In this document: positions 13,958 through 24,788 of the stretch, piece after piece
Position numbering within the stretch: the stretch's first letter is position 1
Layout: each line of letters starts with the position of its first letter
Assembly (NCBI GenBank): GCA_030390025.1
Contig: CM059432.1
Span: 142,478,001 to 142,542,000 of the forward strand
Length of the DNA: 64,000 nt
Direction: 5' to 3'
Origin: Squalus acanthias
Lineage: Eukaryota
Made by a program: the position numbers and the translations under genes
The notes under the pieces: model-generated
Told to the model about the DNA's origin: nothing
What the model saw: only the letters and a program-made list of their open reading frames with translations
The model's database searches: none

Positions 13958-15331
13958 TGTGTCAGGGTTAGATAGTGTGTCAGGGTTAGATAGTGTGCCA
14001 GGGTTAGATAGTGTGTCAGGGTTAGATAGTGTGCCAGGGTTAGATAGTGTGCCAGGGTTAGATAGTGTGTCAGGGTTAGATAGTGTGTCAGGGTTAGATA
14101 GTGTGTCAGGGTTAGATAGTGTGTCAGGGTTAGATAGTGTGTCAGGGTTAGATAGTGTGTCAGGGTTAGATAGTGTGTCAGGGTTAGATAGTGCGTCAGG
14201 GTTAGATAGTGTGTCAGGGTTAGATAGTGTGTCAGGGTTAGATAGTGTGTCAGGGTTAGATAGTGTGTCAGGGTTAGATAGTGTGTCAGGGTTAGATAGT
14301 GTGTCAGGGTTAGATAGTGTGCCAGGGTTAGATAGTGTGCCAGGGTTAGATAGTGTGTCAGGGTTAGATAGTGTGTCAGGGTTAGATAGTGTGCCAGGGT
14401 TAGATAGTGTGTCAGGGTTAGATAGTGTGTCAGGGTTAGATAGTGTGTCAGGGTTAGATAGTGTGCCAGGGTTAGATAGTGTGTCAGGGTTAGTGTGTCA
14501 GGGTTAGATAGTGTGTCAGGGTTAGATAGTGTGTCAGGGTTAGATAGTGTGCCAGGGTTAGATAGTGTGCCAGGGTTAGATAGTGTGTCAGGGTTAGATA
14601 GTGTGTCAGGGTTAGATAGTGTGCCAGGGTTAGATAGTGTGCCAGGGTTAGATAGTGTGTCAGGGTTAGATAGTGTGTCAGGGTTAGATAGTGTGTCAGG
14701 GTTAGATAGTGTGCCAGGGTTAGATAGTGTGTCAGGGTTAGATAGTGTGTCAGGGTTAGATAGTGTGCCAGGGTTAGATAGTGTGCCAGGGTTAGATAGT
14801 GTGCCAGGGTTAGATAGTGTGTCAGGGTTAGATAGTGTGCCAGGGTTAGATAGTGCGCCAGGGTTAGATAGTGTGCCAGGGTTAGATAGTGCGCCAGGGT
14901 TAGATAGTGTGTCAGGGTTAGATAGTGTGTCAGGGTTAGATAGTGTGCCAGGGTTAGATAGTGTGCCAGGGTTAGATAGTGTGTCAGGGTTAGATAGTGT
15001 GTCAGGGTTAGATAGTGTGCCAGGGTTAGATAGTGTGCCAGGGTTAGATAGTGTGCCAGGGTTAGATAGTGTGTCAGGGTTAGATAGTGTGCCAGGGTTA
15101 GATAGTGTGCCAGGGTTAGATAGTGTGCCAGGGTTAGATAGTGTGCCAGGGTTAGATAGTGTGCCAGGGTTAGATAGTGTGTCAGGGTTAGATAGTGTGC
15201 CAGGGTTAGATAGTGTGCCAGGGTTAGATAGTGTGTCAGGGTTAGATAGTGTGTCAGGGTTAGATAGTGTGTCAGGGTTAGATAGTGCGCCAGGGTTAGA
15301 TAGTGCGCCAGGGTTAGATAGCGTGCCAGGT
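13958..15331. repeat. 18-bp minisatellite GTG(T/C)CAGGGTTAGATAGT, about 76 copies
   Basis: Directly visible tandem array with T/C variant units and one shortened unit near 14490. Confidence 0.97.
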
Positions 15332-15837
15332 TCCTGTAACACAGAGGTACAAAACCCATATCCACAATCAAGGACGAGGGGGGGGGGGGGGGGCGCTGCG
15401 ATAGCCAGGGCAGATCCGAGACCCTGCTAGCTTTCACAGCTGAACTAACTCCAGTTTAGGAGCCTGGATACGAGCTACGTTCTGCCGTCCCAGACTACAA
15501 TGGTTATTCTGTTGCAGTGAAAGGCGATACAAAGACTGAGTTGCAGTGAGAAGGTTCCTCAGCTCTGTTTAGCGCGAAGGGTTCTTCCTTTCATTAATAT
15601 ATTGGCAGTTGACAATAGTTTTATGTCTGTGCTTCATAAGTGACGTAATCCCTTGATATGCCATCCCTACGTATGATGTAAGCCTTTAAGGGATTAGGGC
15701 CTGATATGCTGGCATGTGAAAAGAGCAGTGAAGGTTCTCTTGCTATATCGTAATCCAAAAATTGATTAAGTAAAGTCAGCAATCACTTCGCAGATCTAGG
15801 AAACAACATGCACTAAGAGGTGCAGGGCTTTTTCATT

Positions 15838-16238
15838 TTGAAATTCTCATCCTTGTTTTCAAATCCCTCCATGGCCTCGCCCCCTCCCCATCTCCGTAAC
15901 CTCCTCCAGCCCACCAACCCTCAAAGATATCTGCGCTCCTCCAATTCTGGCCTCTTGAGCACCCCCGATTTCCATCGTTCCACCATTGGCGGCCGTGCCT
16001 TCAGCTGCCTGGGCCCTAAGCTCTGGAATTCCCTCCCTAAACCTCTCCGCCTCTCTACCTCTCTCTCCTCCTTTAAGACACTCCTTAAAACCTACCTCTT
16101 TGACCAAGCTTTTGGTCACCTGTCCTAATATCTTCTTATATGGTTCAGTATCAAATATTGCCTGAAAAGCACTTCTGTGCAAGCGCCTTGCGATGTTTTA
16201 CTAGGCTAAAGGCGCTATATAAATGCAAGTTGTTGTTG
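15838..16238 (+). mobile_element. L2-like LINE 3' fragment
   Basis: LRSSNSGLL...GGRAFSCLGPKLWNSLP...LKTYLF and the gcgctatataaatgcaagttgttgttg tail. Confidence 0.75.
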
Positions 16239-16512
16239 AAATCTTGTAACTTATTTTCTGCCTTGGATTTTTGTGTCCATTCCATTTTGCTAAATATAAT
16301 CTAAGAGACAATGCAATCCAATGACTGTCCGATGTTTTACCAGAGCCCCAGTTTGTGGGTATGGAAACCAAGATGGATACCACGCGTTAATGTGAGAGTT
16401 AAATTGTTGTTGTTGTTTGCGGGCTAGGAGAAACAGGAGCCGTGCCGACAAAACCCTCTGACTCGCTATTGGATGTCCGTCTGCCACGGGGGACAGAGCG
16501 AGAGGAGCCGCT

Positions 16513-16959
16513 GAGCCTGAAGACCAGCATAAGCTGGCCCGCCCAGGCCCCTCCCGCATCGAACGCGAGGAGCCTGAAGACCAGCATAAGCTGGCCCGCC
16601 CAGGCCCCTCCCGCATCGAATGCGAGGAGCCTGAAGACCAGCATAAACTGGCCCGCCCAGGCCCCTCCCGCGTCGAACGCGAGGAGCCTGAAGACCAGCA
16701 TAAACTGGCCCGCCCAGGCCCCTCCCGCGTCGAACGCGAGGAGCCTGAAGACCAGCATAAACTGGCCCGCCCAGGCCCCTCCCGCGTCGAACGCGAGGAG
16801 CCTGAAGACCAGCATAAACTGGCCCGCCCAGGCCCCTCCCGCGTTGAACGCGAGGAGCCTGAAGACCAGCACAAACTGGCCCGCCCAGGCCCCTCCCGCG
16901 TCGAGCCTGAAGACCAGCATAAGCTGGCCCGCCCAGGCCCCTCCCGCGTCGAACGCGAG
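16513..16959. repeat. 57-bp CpG-rich minisatellite, about 8 copies
   Basis: Unit gagcctgaagaccagcataaactggcccgcccaggcccctcccgcgtcgaacgcgag. Confidence 0.95.
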
Positions 16960-17127
16960 TTGCCAAATCGATCGGCGGACTGAGCGCTCAATGCAGGGGA
17001 ACTAAACTGCGCGCTTACCCATAGGCACCACTCTATCTGCCAAACCAGCCTCGTAATGATGTTGTCATGGAAATCAAGCTGTCCTTTAACCTATGATATT
17101 CTATACCTCACCAACATAATACACTTT

Positions 17128-19325
17128 GGGGGAGAAATCCCCGACCTTATTGCCACCCGTTTGCACCGCTATCCTGGTGGAAAATGACGGCCGCCACTCG
17201 AACGCCCTTCTCTGGCGTGGGACTCGGCGGCCGCCATTTTGTTGAGGGCCTTAGCGCTGCCGATAGCAACGCAGGTCCAGGAGGTGCAAATGGGAAGAGC
17301 GTGACGTCAGTCGCCGTGCAATGCCAACTTAACGTCACGCTCTGCAAACTTCGACCTTAGCGTTGAGTTTAGCACAGGGTCCTAACCTTACTCTGAAAAG
17401 CGGGCGTTCAGCAGACTGACAGAGACGCTGTCAGCATTTCTTAAAGGGACACACACATCTTTCAGGTAAGTTTGCATTTAAGCTTTTGGACTGGATTTTT
17501 TTTATTGTATTGAAGTAATGGCTTGGTGCAATACGTGTTAAAAACATTTTAAGTGTGCAGCAAGTGCAGGGAGCGCTGCTGGATGCTTGCAAGGCTTCAA
17601 ATGGTAAAGGAAGGCCTCTGAGAAGACAGAAAAGGCTGGAATTACTCAGCACGTCAGGCAGCATCTGTGGAGAGAAGAAGAGCGTTCACATCTCAGGTCA
17701 AGATGCTGCCTGACCTGCTGAGTATTTCCAGCATTTTATGCTTTTATTTCAGATTTACAGCATCCACTCGCAGAGCGAGGAGGAAGATGCAGAAGAGGAA
17801 ATCGCAGAAGAGGAAGATGCAGAAGAGGAGGAAGCCGAAGAAGAGGAAGCAGAAGGAAGGATAAAACTCAGACAGCCTCTTTCTGGCCGGGATATCTGGG
17901 ATGGAATCATCCGCCTGCGGTACCAGTGACCACAACCCCAATTCCCCTTTCAACATTACCTTCCCTCTGTTACTGACCATCACAGGGTCCTCTTGGCCAC
18001 AATGCTGAAATTAAAGCCACCACAAAGAAAACGTTCCAATCCAACTTTATACATCTATCCATCCAATATGACATCAGGAAATCAACTCATCACCCTTATG
18101 CATTCTCTTGGTGACTGTCTTGTGTGTGCCTTTGCCTTTCCTATTGATGTCATGCAGTGTTGCCCCAGTGGCTGCAGCATGGCTGGTGGAAGGCTGCTGA
18201 CTTTCAGTGGGGGACACTGCAAATGGCCTTGCTGGTCGACCTTGAGGAGCTGGTGGCTGGGAGTGTGAAATCGAGTGTTGGTGTTTCTTCTTCTTCTTCA
18301 CTCTCCTCTCCCTCTTCTTGGCCAACCACTGGCTGGGCAGGCTGCATTTCTTGGTGTGTGAAATGAGGAAGGCACAAGGGTGGAGTTGTGGTGAGGGGAA
18401 GGCAGGAAAGCAAGAGGTGTATGCCAGAAGCAGGATTACATATGAGGATACCAGCATCTTGTATCCTTTCAGCCCCACCGCTGGCCAAGGGCTCAGCCAT
18501 GCCCCAGCCAAGAATGGCCAGCACCATCTCCTCCAAGGGGGTAAGGTGAAGCGAGGAATAGGAGGTGTGCCTTGTGATTGGTACAGATTGTTGGTAGGTG
18601 AGTGATTGGGGGTTGTGCATTGAGCAGTGTGTGAAGCTAGTGATTCAGTTGGTAGGAGACGGCTTTTGAAGATGCATTCACTGACCTTGACCAGTGGTCT
18701 GAGGTCATGAAGCTTCTTTGGGCACTGGAGCCAGGTGGTGGGGGTGACACTGCTGGCAGTGACGGCCTTAGTGATCTGGTCCCACATTGTTCTTTCTGGA
18801 GGGCCTCCTGGCCCCTGTGGGTAGAGGCCCTCTCTTGCAGTGTTGACCCCCTGCACAAAGCTGGAGTGCTGTGTGCCAGACCCTGGGTGCCCCTTCCCTG
18901 GCTTGCTGAGCCACTTGTGTTTGTGCTGAAGCACTTTTCCCATTATTTTTAGGAGCGGAAGGCAATTCAGCTTTAAGAGCTGAAGGCTCCCATTTGGGAA
19001 TTCTTTTAATGTTAATTTTTTTTTCAGAAGGCAGTTGAGCTGGAAGGGCTGAAAACTGCCTACATTTACGTGATTTTTATTTTTTTCATTTCTGAAACTG
19101 CTTTCTGAAATGACAGCCTTGCTTGAGGAGGAAGCTGTTCTTGTTGCAGTGAGGCTACGGCCACGCAACATTGGGGCCTCCTGCCAGGACGAACGCCACC
19201 AGAACGGCCTTGCACAGCGAGTTTAGCGCTGGGCTAATGTTAATTAGCCACCAGCGCCAACTTACCGGTCCTGCCAGCGCCACCATTTCCGGCGCCGGAT
19301 TTTACCGACATCGAATTTCTAGGCT
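17128..19325 (-). mobile_element. Second Harbinger-like copy: Myb/SANT remnant (-) and acidic transposase-like C-terminus (+)
   Basis: WDQITKAVTASSVTPTTWLQCPKKLHDLR on the minus strand. EEEDAEEE...RDIWDGIIRLRYQ* on the plus strand (17770-17929). Paralogous to 5231-6980. A small Penelope-like piece lies at about 17625-17765. Confidence 0.65.
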
Positions 19326-19842
19326 GTGGTACTTCAATTGAACTTGAAAGTACAATTCCCTGTGACTAATCTCTGATTTAACTACAGACAATTTTGAGGC
19401 ACTGTGCTTCGATGTGAAAGTTCACCTTCCCAAAAAATTGGGTGAGGATGGCAATTGGAGGGTTGTGCCTGCTTCGGGCATGGCACCTCCCAAATCGGCA
19501 GCGGGGAGAGCAGACCAATAAAGGCGATGTCAGCCCCTCCCAACAACAGCAACTTGCATTTTCGTAGCACCTTTAACACAGTAAAACATCCCAAGGCGCT
19601 TCACAGGAGCGATTATCAAACACAATTTGCCACACAATTAGGGCAGGTGACCAAATGCTTGGTCAAAGAGGTCGGTTTTAAGGAGCGTCTTAAAGGAGGA
19701 GAGAGAGGCGGAGAGGTTTAGGGAGGGAGTTCCAGAGCTCAGGGCCCAGGCAGCTGAAGGCACGGCCGCCAATGGGATGCGCAAGAGGCCAGAATTGGAG
19801 GACAAATGTGAGAAGTCGCACAACACCAGGTTATAGTCCAAG

Positions 19843-20734
19843 GGGTAGAAATTAGGTCGCGCCCCATTTGGGGCGCAAATATCGTCCGGACGCAAATATT
19901 AGCGCCTGGCGCTAATTATCGGCACTGACGAGAAACTTCACTTTTACCGCCCCGGGAGGTGAGTGGAGCGCTAAAGCAGGCGCTGCACACCTCTCTTAAG
20001 GCGCAAAGGCCGAGCAGTGAGGCGCTAACTCGGAGCGCTGGCGAAGCTCATGTAATGTCAGTCAGCAATGGAACACACACACAATGGCACGGGCCAGTTC
20101 TTAAAGGGGATGGTTAATCTTGCTTTCCATCCACATCCTGTTCATTGCTGCCTTGAAGCTCGGCCTGGAGAGACTTGCACATCAAATGTGCTGGAAAGAA
20201 CAATGGAGAGCACCAGGCAAAGAGCTCAGAGTGCAGCTCCCACGGTCTCTGCTAAATCGATACAAGGAATGGCAAATCAAAATGAACCTGCAAAGTGCTG
20301 CTCAGTACCCAAAACTCCTTCACACAACGTTGAATCTCTCCAGAAGTCTCTCCCTCTCTCTCTCAGAATGCGTAGTTCAAAAATGCCACCAACAATAAAA
20401 GACAGGAAGAGGCCCCCTTTAAATAGCGCCCCCCCCAGCCCCACAGCGATTGATAGCGTTCCAGTCTTCTGGTCGTTGGAAGCGCCAGGCGGTAAGGCAG
20501 GGGGCGCCACTCAATTTCCGCTACGGGGCGCCCCAAGGGCGTTGCACCATGGAATGACGTCACAAACTGCGCGCGCAGGTGGTCGCAGCGGTAAATTTTA
20601 GCGCCGCCGCACAATCTCAAGTTAAGTTCTCGAGCGGCGCAAACATCGCTGCGCCCGGGCGTTAGTGGCTTTGCGCCCCATTAGCGCCCTCTTAAGGCGC
20701 TAACGGGTGGCGCAACCAAGTGAATTTTTACCCC
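19843..20734. mobile_element. PIF/Harbinger-type MITE
   Basis: TIRs GGGGTAGAAATT / AATTTTTACCCC, 3-bp TSD CAA, and GC-rich subterminal GCGCC/GGCGC motifs. Confidence 0.75.
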
Positions 20735-20752
20735 CAACAGTTTTATTTGAAA

Positions 20753-20789
20753 TCACAAGCTTTCAGAGCGCTGCTCCTTCGTCAGGTGA
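20753..20789 (-). ncRNA. Minimal hammerhead ribozyme motif (opposite arm of the foldback)
   Basis: Reverse complement TCAC-CTGACGA-A-GGAGC-AGC-GCTCT-GAAA-GC-TT-GTGA, with a G-U pair in stem II. Confidence 0.7.
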
Positions 20790-20956
20790 AGTGAAGAGAT
20801 GTATATCGGCACAGCTTATATAGTCAGAGAACACTGCCAGACGATTACAGTTAATCTTTCTAACTGCCCTTTATCACACCAGTTAGAAAGATTAACTGTA
20901 ATCGTCTGGCAGTGTTCTCTGACTATATATGCTGTGCCCATATACATCTCTTCACT

Positions 20957-20993
20957 TCACCTGACGAAGGAGCAGCGCTCCGAAAGCTTGTGA
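20957..20993 (+). ncRNA. Minimal type I hammerhead ribozyme motif
   Basis: TCAC-CTGACGA-A-GGAGC-AGC-GCTCC-GAAA-GC-TT-GTGA: conserved core, stem II, stem I and a palindromic minimal helix III. Confidence 0.75.
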
Positions 20994-22084
20994 TTTCAAA
21001 TAAAACTGTTGGACTATAACCTGGTGTTGTGCGACTTCTCACATTTGTCCACCCCAGTCCAACACCGGCATCTCCGCATCAGAATTGGAGGAGCGCAGGG
21101 ATCTCGGAGGGTAGTAGGGCTGGAGGAGGTTACAGAAGCTAGGGAGAGGACGAGGCCATGGAGGGATTTATAGTAGGCTCCCAGTGCCTGGATAATGAGT
21201 GCTGGCAGCTAAGGCACTGGCACGATTGGTCGGGTCTGTCTGGGCTTTCCAGCTGGAGATCGCTTGATCCCATTCCAGCTATAGTTCCTGTCTTCAGACA
21301 GATCGTTATTACAGCTGTGTAATGTGGAACTGTATCACACTTGGTAGCATGTAGCAAATCGCTTAAAATAAAGCACATTCAGATATTGGGTATGTCAAAT
21401 AACCACATTAATAGCATTCATTGCGAAGGAAAACATTATGCTAGGAAACACAGTCATGATTTCGTTCCCTTGTTCCACTTGATCTCACAGGAGCTGTTTA
21501 GATCTCTGCTGGAAGATAGTCACAGCGCTTCTACATTCCTTTAAACAAACGTTGCCTAAATCATCTGATAAAGCAGTGAGTTACGTAGGAAAATCTTCGT
21601 CAGAAAAGATTTGATTGGCTTGGAAATCACCAAGGGGTGAACATATCGAGTGCTAGGGCTGTGACCTGTTGATGCTTGTTAATACAGAGGCGTTTGAAAT
21701 GCAAAGTTTCATCCAAAGTATTTTCTTATAATTATTGGTACAAATTAAAAAGGGGTAAAAGTTAACACCCAGTGCTGGAAATCTGAAATTCTGCAAGTAC
21801 ACAGAAGGTCAGTCAGCATCGGTAAAAAGGCAAGTTGACGTTTTAAGTGTAAGAACCCAGAGTTAATGTTGTCTGTTCTCCTTACAGCTGCTGAAGGACC
21901 TGTTGGGTATTACCAGTAATTATCTGTGTTTTTTTTAAATGATTTCTTATATATAATTGTCACTAATTTTAATTTTAATTTAGATGCTTCTGATTTTTAC
22001 CTGTATGTTGTCTTTTGGCCAATGTTCAGCTTTTCAATCGTCTGTGAAGGTAGAAACCCCCCAACAATTGCTTACGGTACCAGT

Positions 22085-22583
22085 AAGATTGCACTAGAGA
22101 GGGAACAGAGCAGATTTACCAGGATGTTGCCAGGATGGGAGAATTTTAGCTAGGAGGAAAGATTGGTTAGGCTGGGGTTGTTTTCTTTGGAACAGAGGAG
22201 GCTGAGGGGAGACCTAACTGAGGTGTATAAAATTATGAGGGCCCAGATAGAGTGGATAGGAAGGACCTATTTCCCTTAGCAGAGGGGTCGATAACCAGGG
22301 GGCACAGATTTAAAGTATTTGGTAGAAGGTTTAGAGGGGATTTAAGGAGAACCTTTTTCACCCAGAGGGTGGTGGGGATCTGGAACTCACTGCCTGAAAG
22401 GGTGGTAGAGGCAGGAACCCTCATCACATTTAAAAAGTACTTGGATATGCACTTGAAGTGCCGTAACCTACAGGGCCACGGACCAAGAGCTGGAAAGTGG
22501 GATTAGGCTGGATAGCTCTTTGTCGGCCGGCACATACACGATGGGCCGAATGGCCTCCTTCTGAGCCGTAAATTTCTATGATT
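22085..22583 (+). mobile_element. CR1 LINE 3' fragment
   Basis: DLFPLAEGSITRGHRFK...WNSLP and a tttctatga tail. Confidence 0.8.
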
Positions 22584-22753
22584 TAAGCGCTGTGATTTCC
22601 ATACACTGTTACTGTCCTGGGAAATAGCCTAGGAGGAAACAAACTGTGAGGAATGGAGCGGTTATCTGGAATTCTGGAATAGGAGGGGGTGGGAGAGTCA
22701 GTTGTTTGATGCTGAATTACTACTACTACGAACTTGCATTTATATAGCACCGT

Positions 22754-24364
22754 TGTAAGGGATACTCTCCTGACCCTGCGTGTCTCGTAACCTGTGAGGT
22801 TCACGCGGCTCTGTGCAGCCTGTATGTCAGTGCGGGTCTAGGCCTGGTCTCCAGCCAGTCTGGGAACACTAGACACCCCTGTGAGTGGTTCGAATCACTC
22901 TCCCTTACGGTTCTAGACACTGGACTTAGATGCGAGAGCAGTAATGGAGATAAAACTCATGTAGACTTGGTTTGAACGGTACGAAATGGAAAATCTTTAT
23001 TGCATGATACTTAAAATTATGAAATACATGTCATATGCACAGATTAATGACAGTACAATCTTACAAACAGTTATAATCACTCTTAGGGAAACGAGGAACG
23101 ACCAGCACAACGTAAATAGGGCACACATTACAAATATCCTTAATCTTTAAAACCCTCCCCTATCAATGTCTATCCTAAACTAGCTTCGTAGGATCCCGAG
23201 ACTCATGCTCACCACTCGTAATAACTCGGAGAAATCCCGAATAGCTGATCGGATGTTTTTCACCGCAGCACCCACGTGTTGGTCAGGAGATCTCCTGGTC
23301 CCACTTGTTTACTGCTTCTGCTGCTCGGTCAGTCGGCTGGACCGTCCGCTGTAGTGAAGACCTCTGTTGGTTGGATACAGGGTATGGTGGAGCACCGTTG
23401 TCAATATCGCTGATACGATGTGTTTACACAGTCCAGTTATCGTCGATGCAATACGTCTTGTTAAAGAAGAAAACTTCCTGTCGAGAAGACTTGGCTGATC
23501 GACCTACAGGCGCGGTCGGGATCTACTGACCGTGGCGATGGATAAGGTCTTCTTCTCTTCTCCTCTCATCTCATCTCATCTCATCTCATCCCGGGCCTTC
23601 GGTTCCGCTGCCAGCTACCAACATAGGTCTTTGCAACAGTCTTTTACACAGGAGCAGCCACGATGATAACAGCAACAAGCGGCAAGAGTCAAGAACACGA
23701 GGCAAGAGCCAAGAGCAAGAGGCCAGAGCAAGAATCAAGAGAGAGAATGGACGGTTTGGGGCCTGCAATTATAGTGCACAGTTCTTCCGTTTCCCGCCCA
23801 ACTACAATGTCCATTCTTTTGTTTAAGGTTTGGCGCCCAAAAAGTCCTGTATGGGTGATCTCTGTCCTTAATGGGTTTCGGGGCTACTCCTGAATGTTTG
23901 AGTACCTGTTAATATTTCTCCCATTGTTAAATCGGTCGGTGTTCCCCCTGGAGGGGTTTGGGGCTTCCAAGTGTCCTGTATAACTACCTGCTAACGGCTC
24001 TCTCATCGTAGAGCCGTTGGGAGTTTACATATTAATGTCCTTTGGATGGGCCCTTGATGGCTTTCCTTTGTACCTGGGAGACCGATTCCAGTATCGATGT
24101 TTATACTGTAAACCCATAATGTCCTGTGTATTGTCTTCACTGTGCTGAATCGTTATCGATCTTGCAAGAATGTTTATTGGAACGCCATCTTGTCTGCCTG
24201 CTGAAAAGTCTAGAATGTTCTGTCACGAGGTGCGGCGGCCATTTTACAGGCTGCTTGTGTCCAATTTAAACCTGACAGCATTTCGCTGAAATAAAAGCTG
24301 TTTTGAACGAAACTTTGTGTTTTCTCCTTATTAAAATGAAATCGCGATAATTGCGAATTCTACA
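22754..24364 (-). repeat. 3' LTR (1611 bp)
   Basis: Copy of 33744-35354. On the minus strand it is preceded by the PPT and followed by the CCGT TSD. Confidence 0.97.
22996..23001 (-). terminator. Candidate LTR polyadenylation signal AATAAA
   Basis: TTTATT on the + strand, about 245 nt from the downstream LTR end. The same motif is at 33986-33991 in the 5' LTR. Confidence 0.55.
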
Positions 24365-24376
24365 GTCCCTCCTGTT
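24365..24376 (-). promoter_or_regulatory. Polypurine tract
   Basis: The minus strand reads AACAGGAGGGAC immediately before the TG of the 3' LTR. Confidence 0.75.
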
Positions 24377-24788
24377 GATGCGAATAACTCCGCTTATCGT
24401 ATCAAAAATCTCAGTGGTGAGCAATCTTATCTCGATTTCACTCCGAATCCAGTAAATTAATCCCATAAAATTTTAACTTCACTATGGTCTCTGTGTCGTC
24501 CTTATTTCCCAAGAAAATCACATTTTATATCACCATAGGCATCATTTGCCCTTAAACTTACACCACTTGTTTTCCTTCCCGGCGTAACCAGGCCGATACC
24601 TCACGCATCACCTGTATATTTGTCTTTTATTCAAGGGAAGGAAAAACAAAACCCAAAAACCAAACAATCAACACCATCACCAAAATAAACAAATCCCGAC
24701 TCTTAAACATGTCGAGTTTCCAACGTATTTACAATGAGTACAAACTTCCGCGGCGCACGTGGCGAGCGGGAGTGACGCCATTTTCCCA

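Larger units (their letters stand above)
19801..21079. mobile_element. Penelope-like foldback (inverted-repeat) element, interrupted by a MITE
   Basis: The left arm (19801-19842 plus 20735-20869) is nearly the reverse complement of 20880-21050. CAGAATTGGAG is duplicated on both flanks. Both arms contain hammerhead motifs. Confidence 0.75.

Noticed and set aside
13744..15437. 532-aa (TLSNPG)n, (SGLDSV)n and (HYLTLA)n ORFs, or a CRISPR-like array
   Set aside because: Head-to-tail 18-bp minisatellite with no unique spacers, no cas genes and a eukaryotic context.
18074..19171. 365-aa ORF as a host gene
   Set aside because: It lies in a degraded Harbinger-like element. Only a short Myb-like part looks real, and the paralogue at 5.2-7.0 kb is broken differently.
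23305..23893. Short ORFs in the LTR as accessory genes
   Set aside because: Only 60-76 aa, mostly antisense or built on simple repeats, with no recognisable motif. They are duplicated only because the LTR is.
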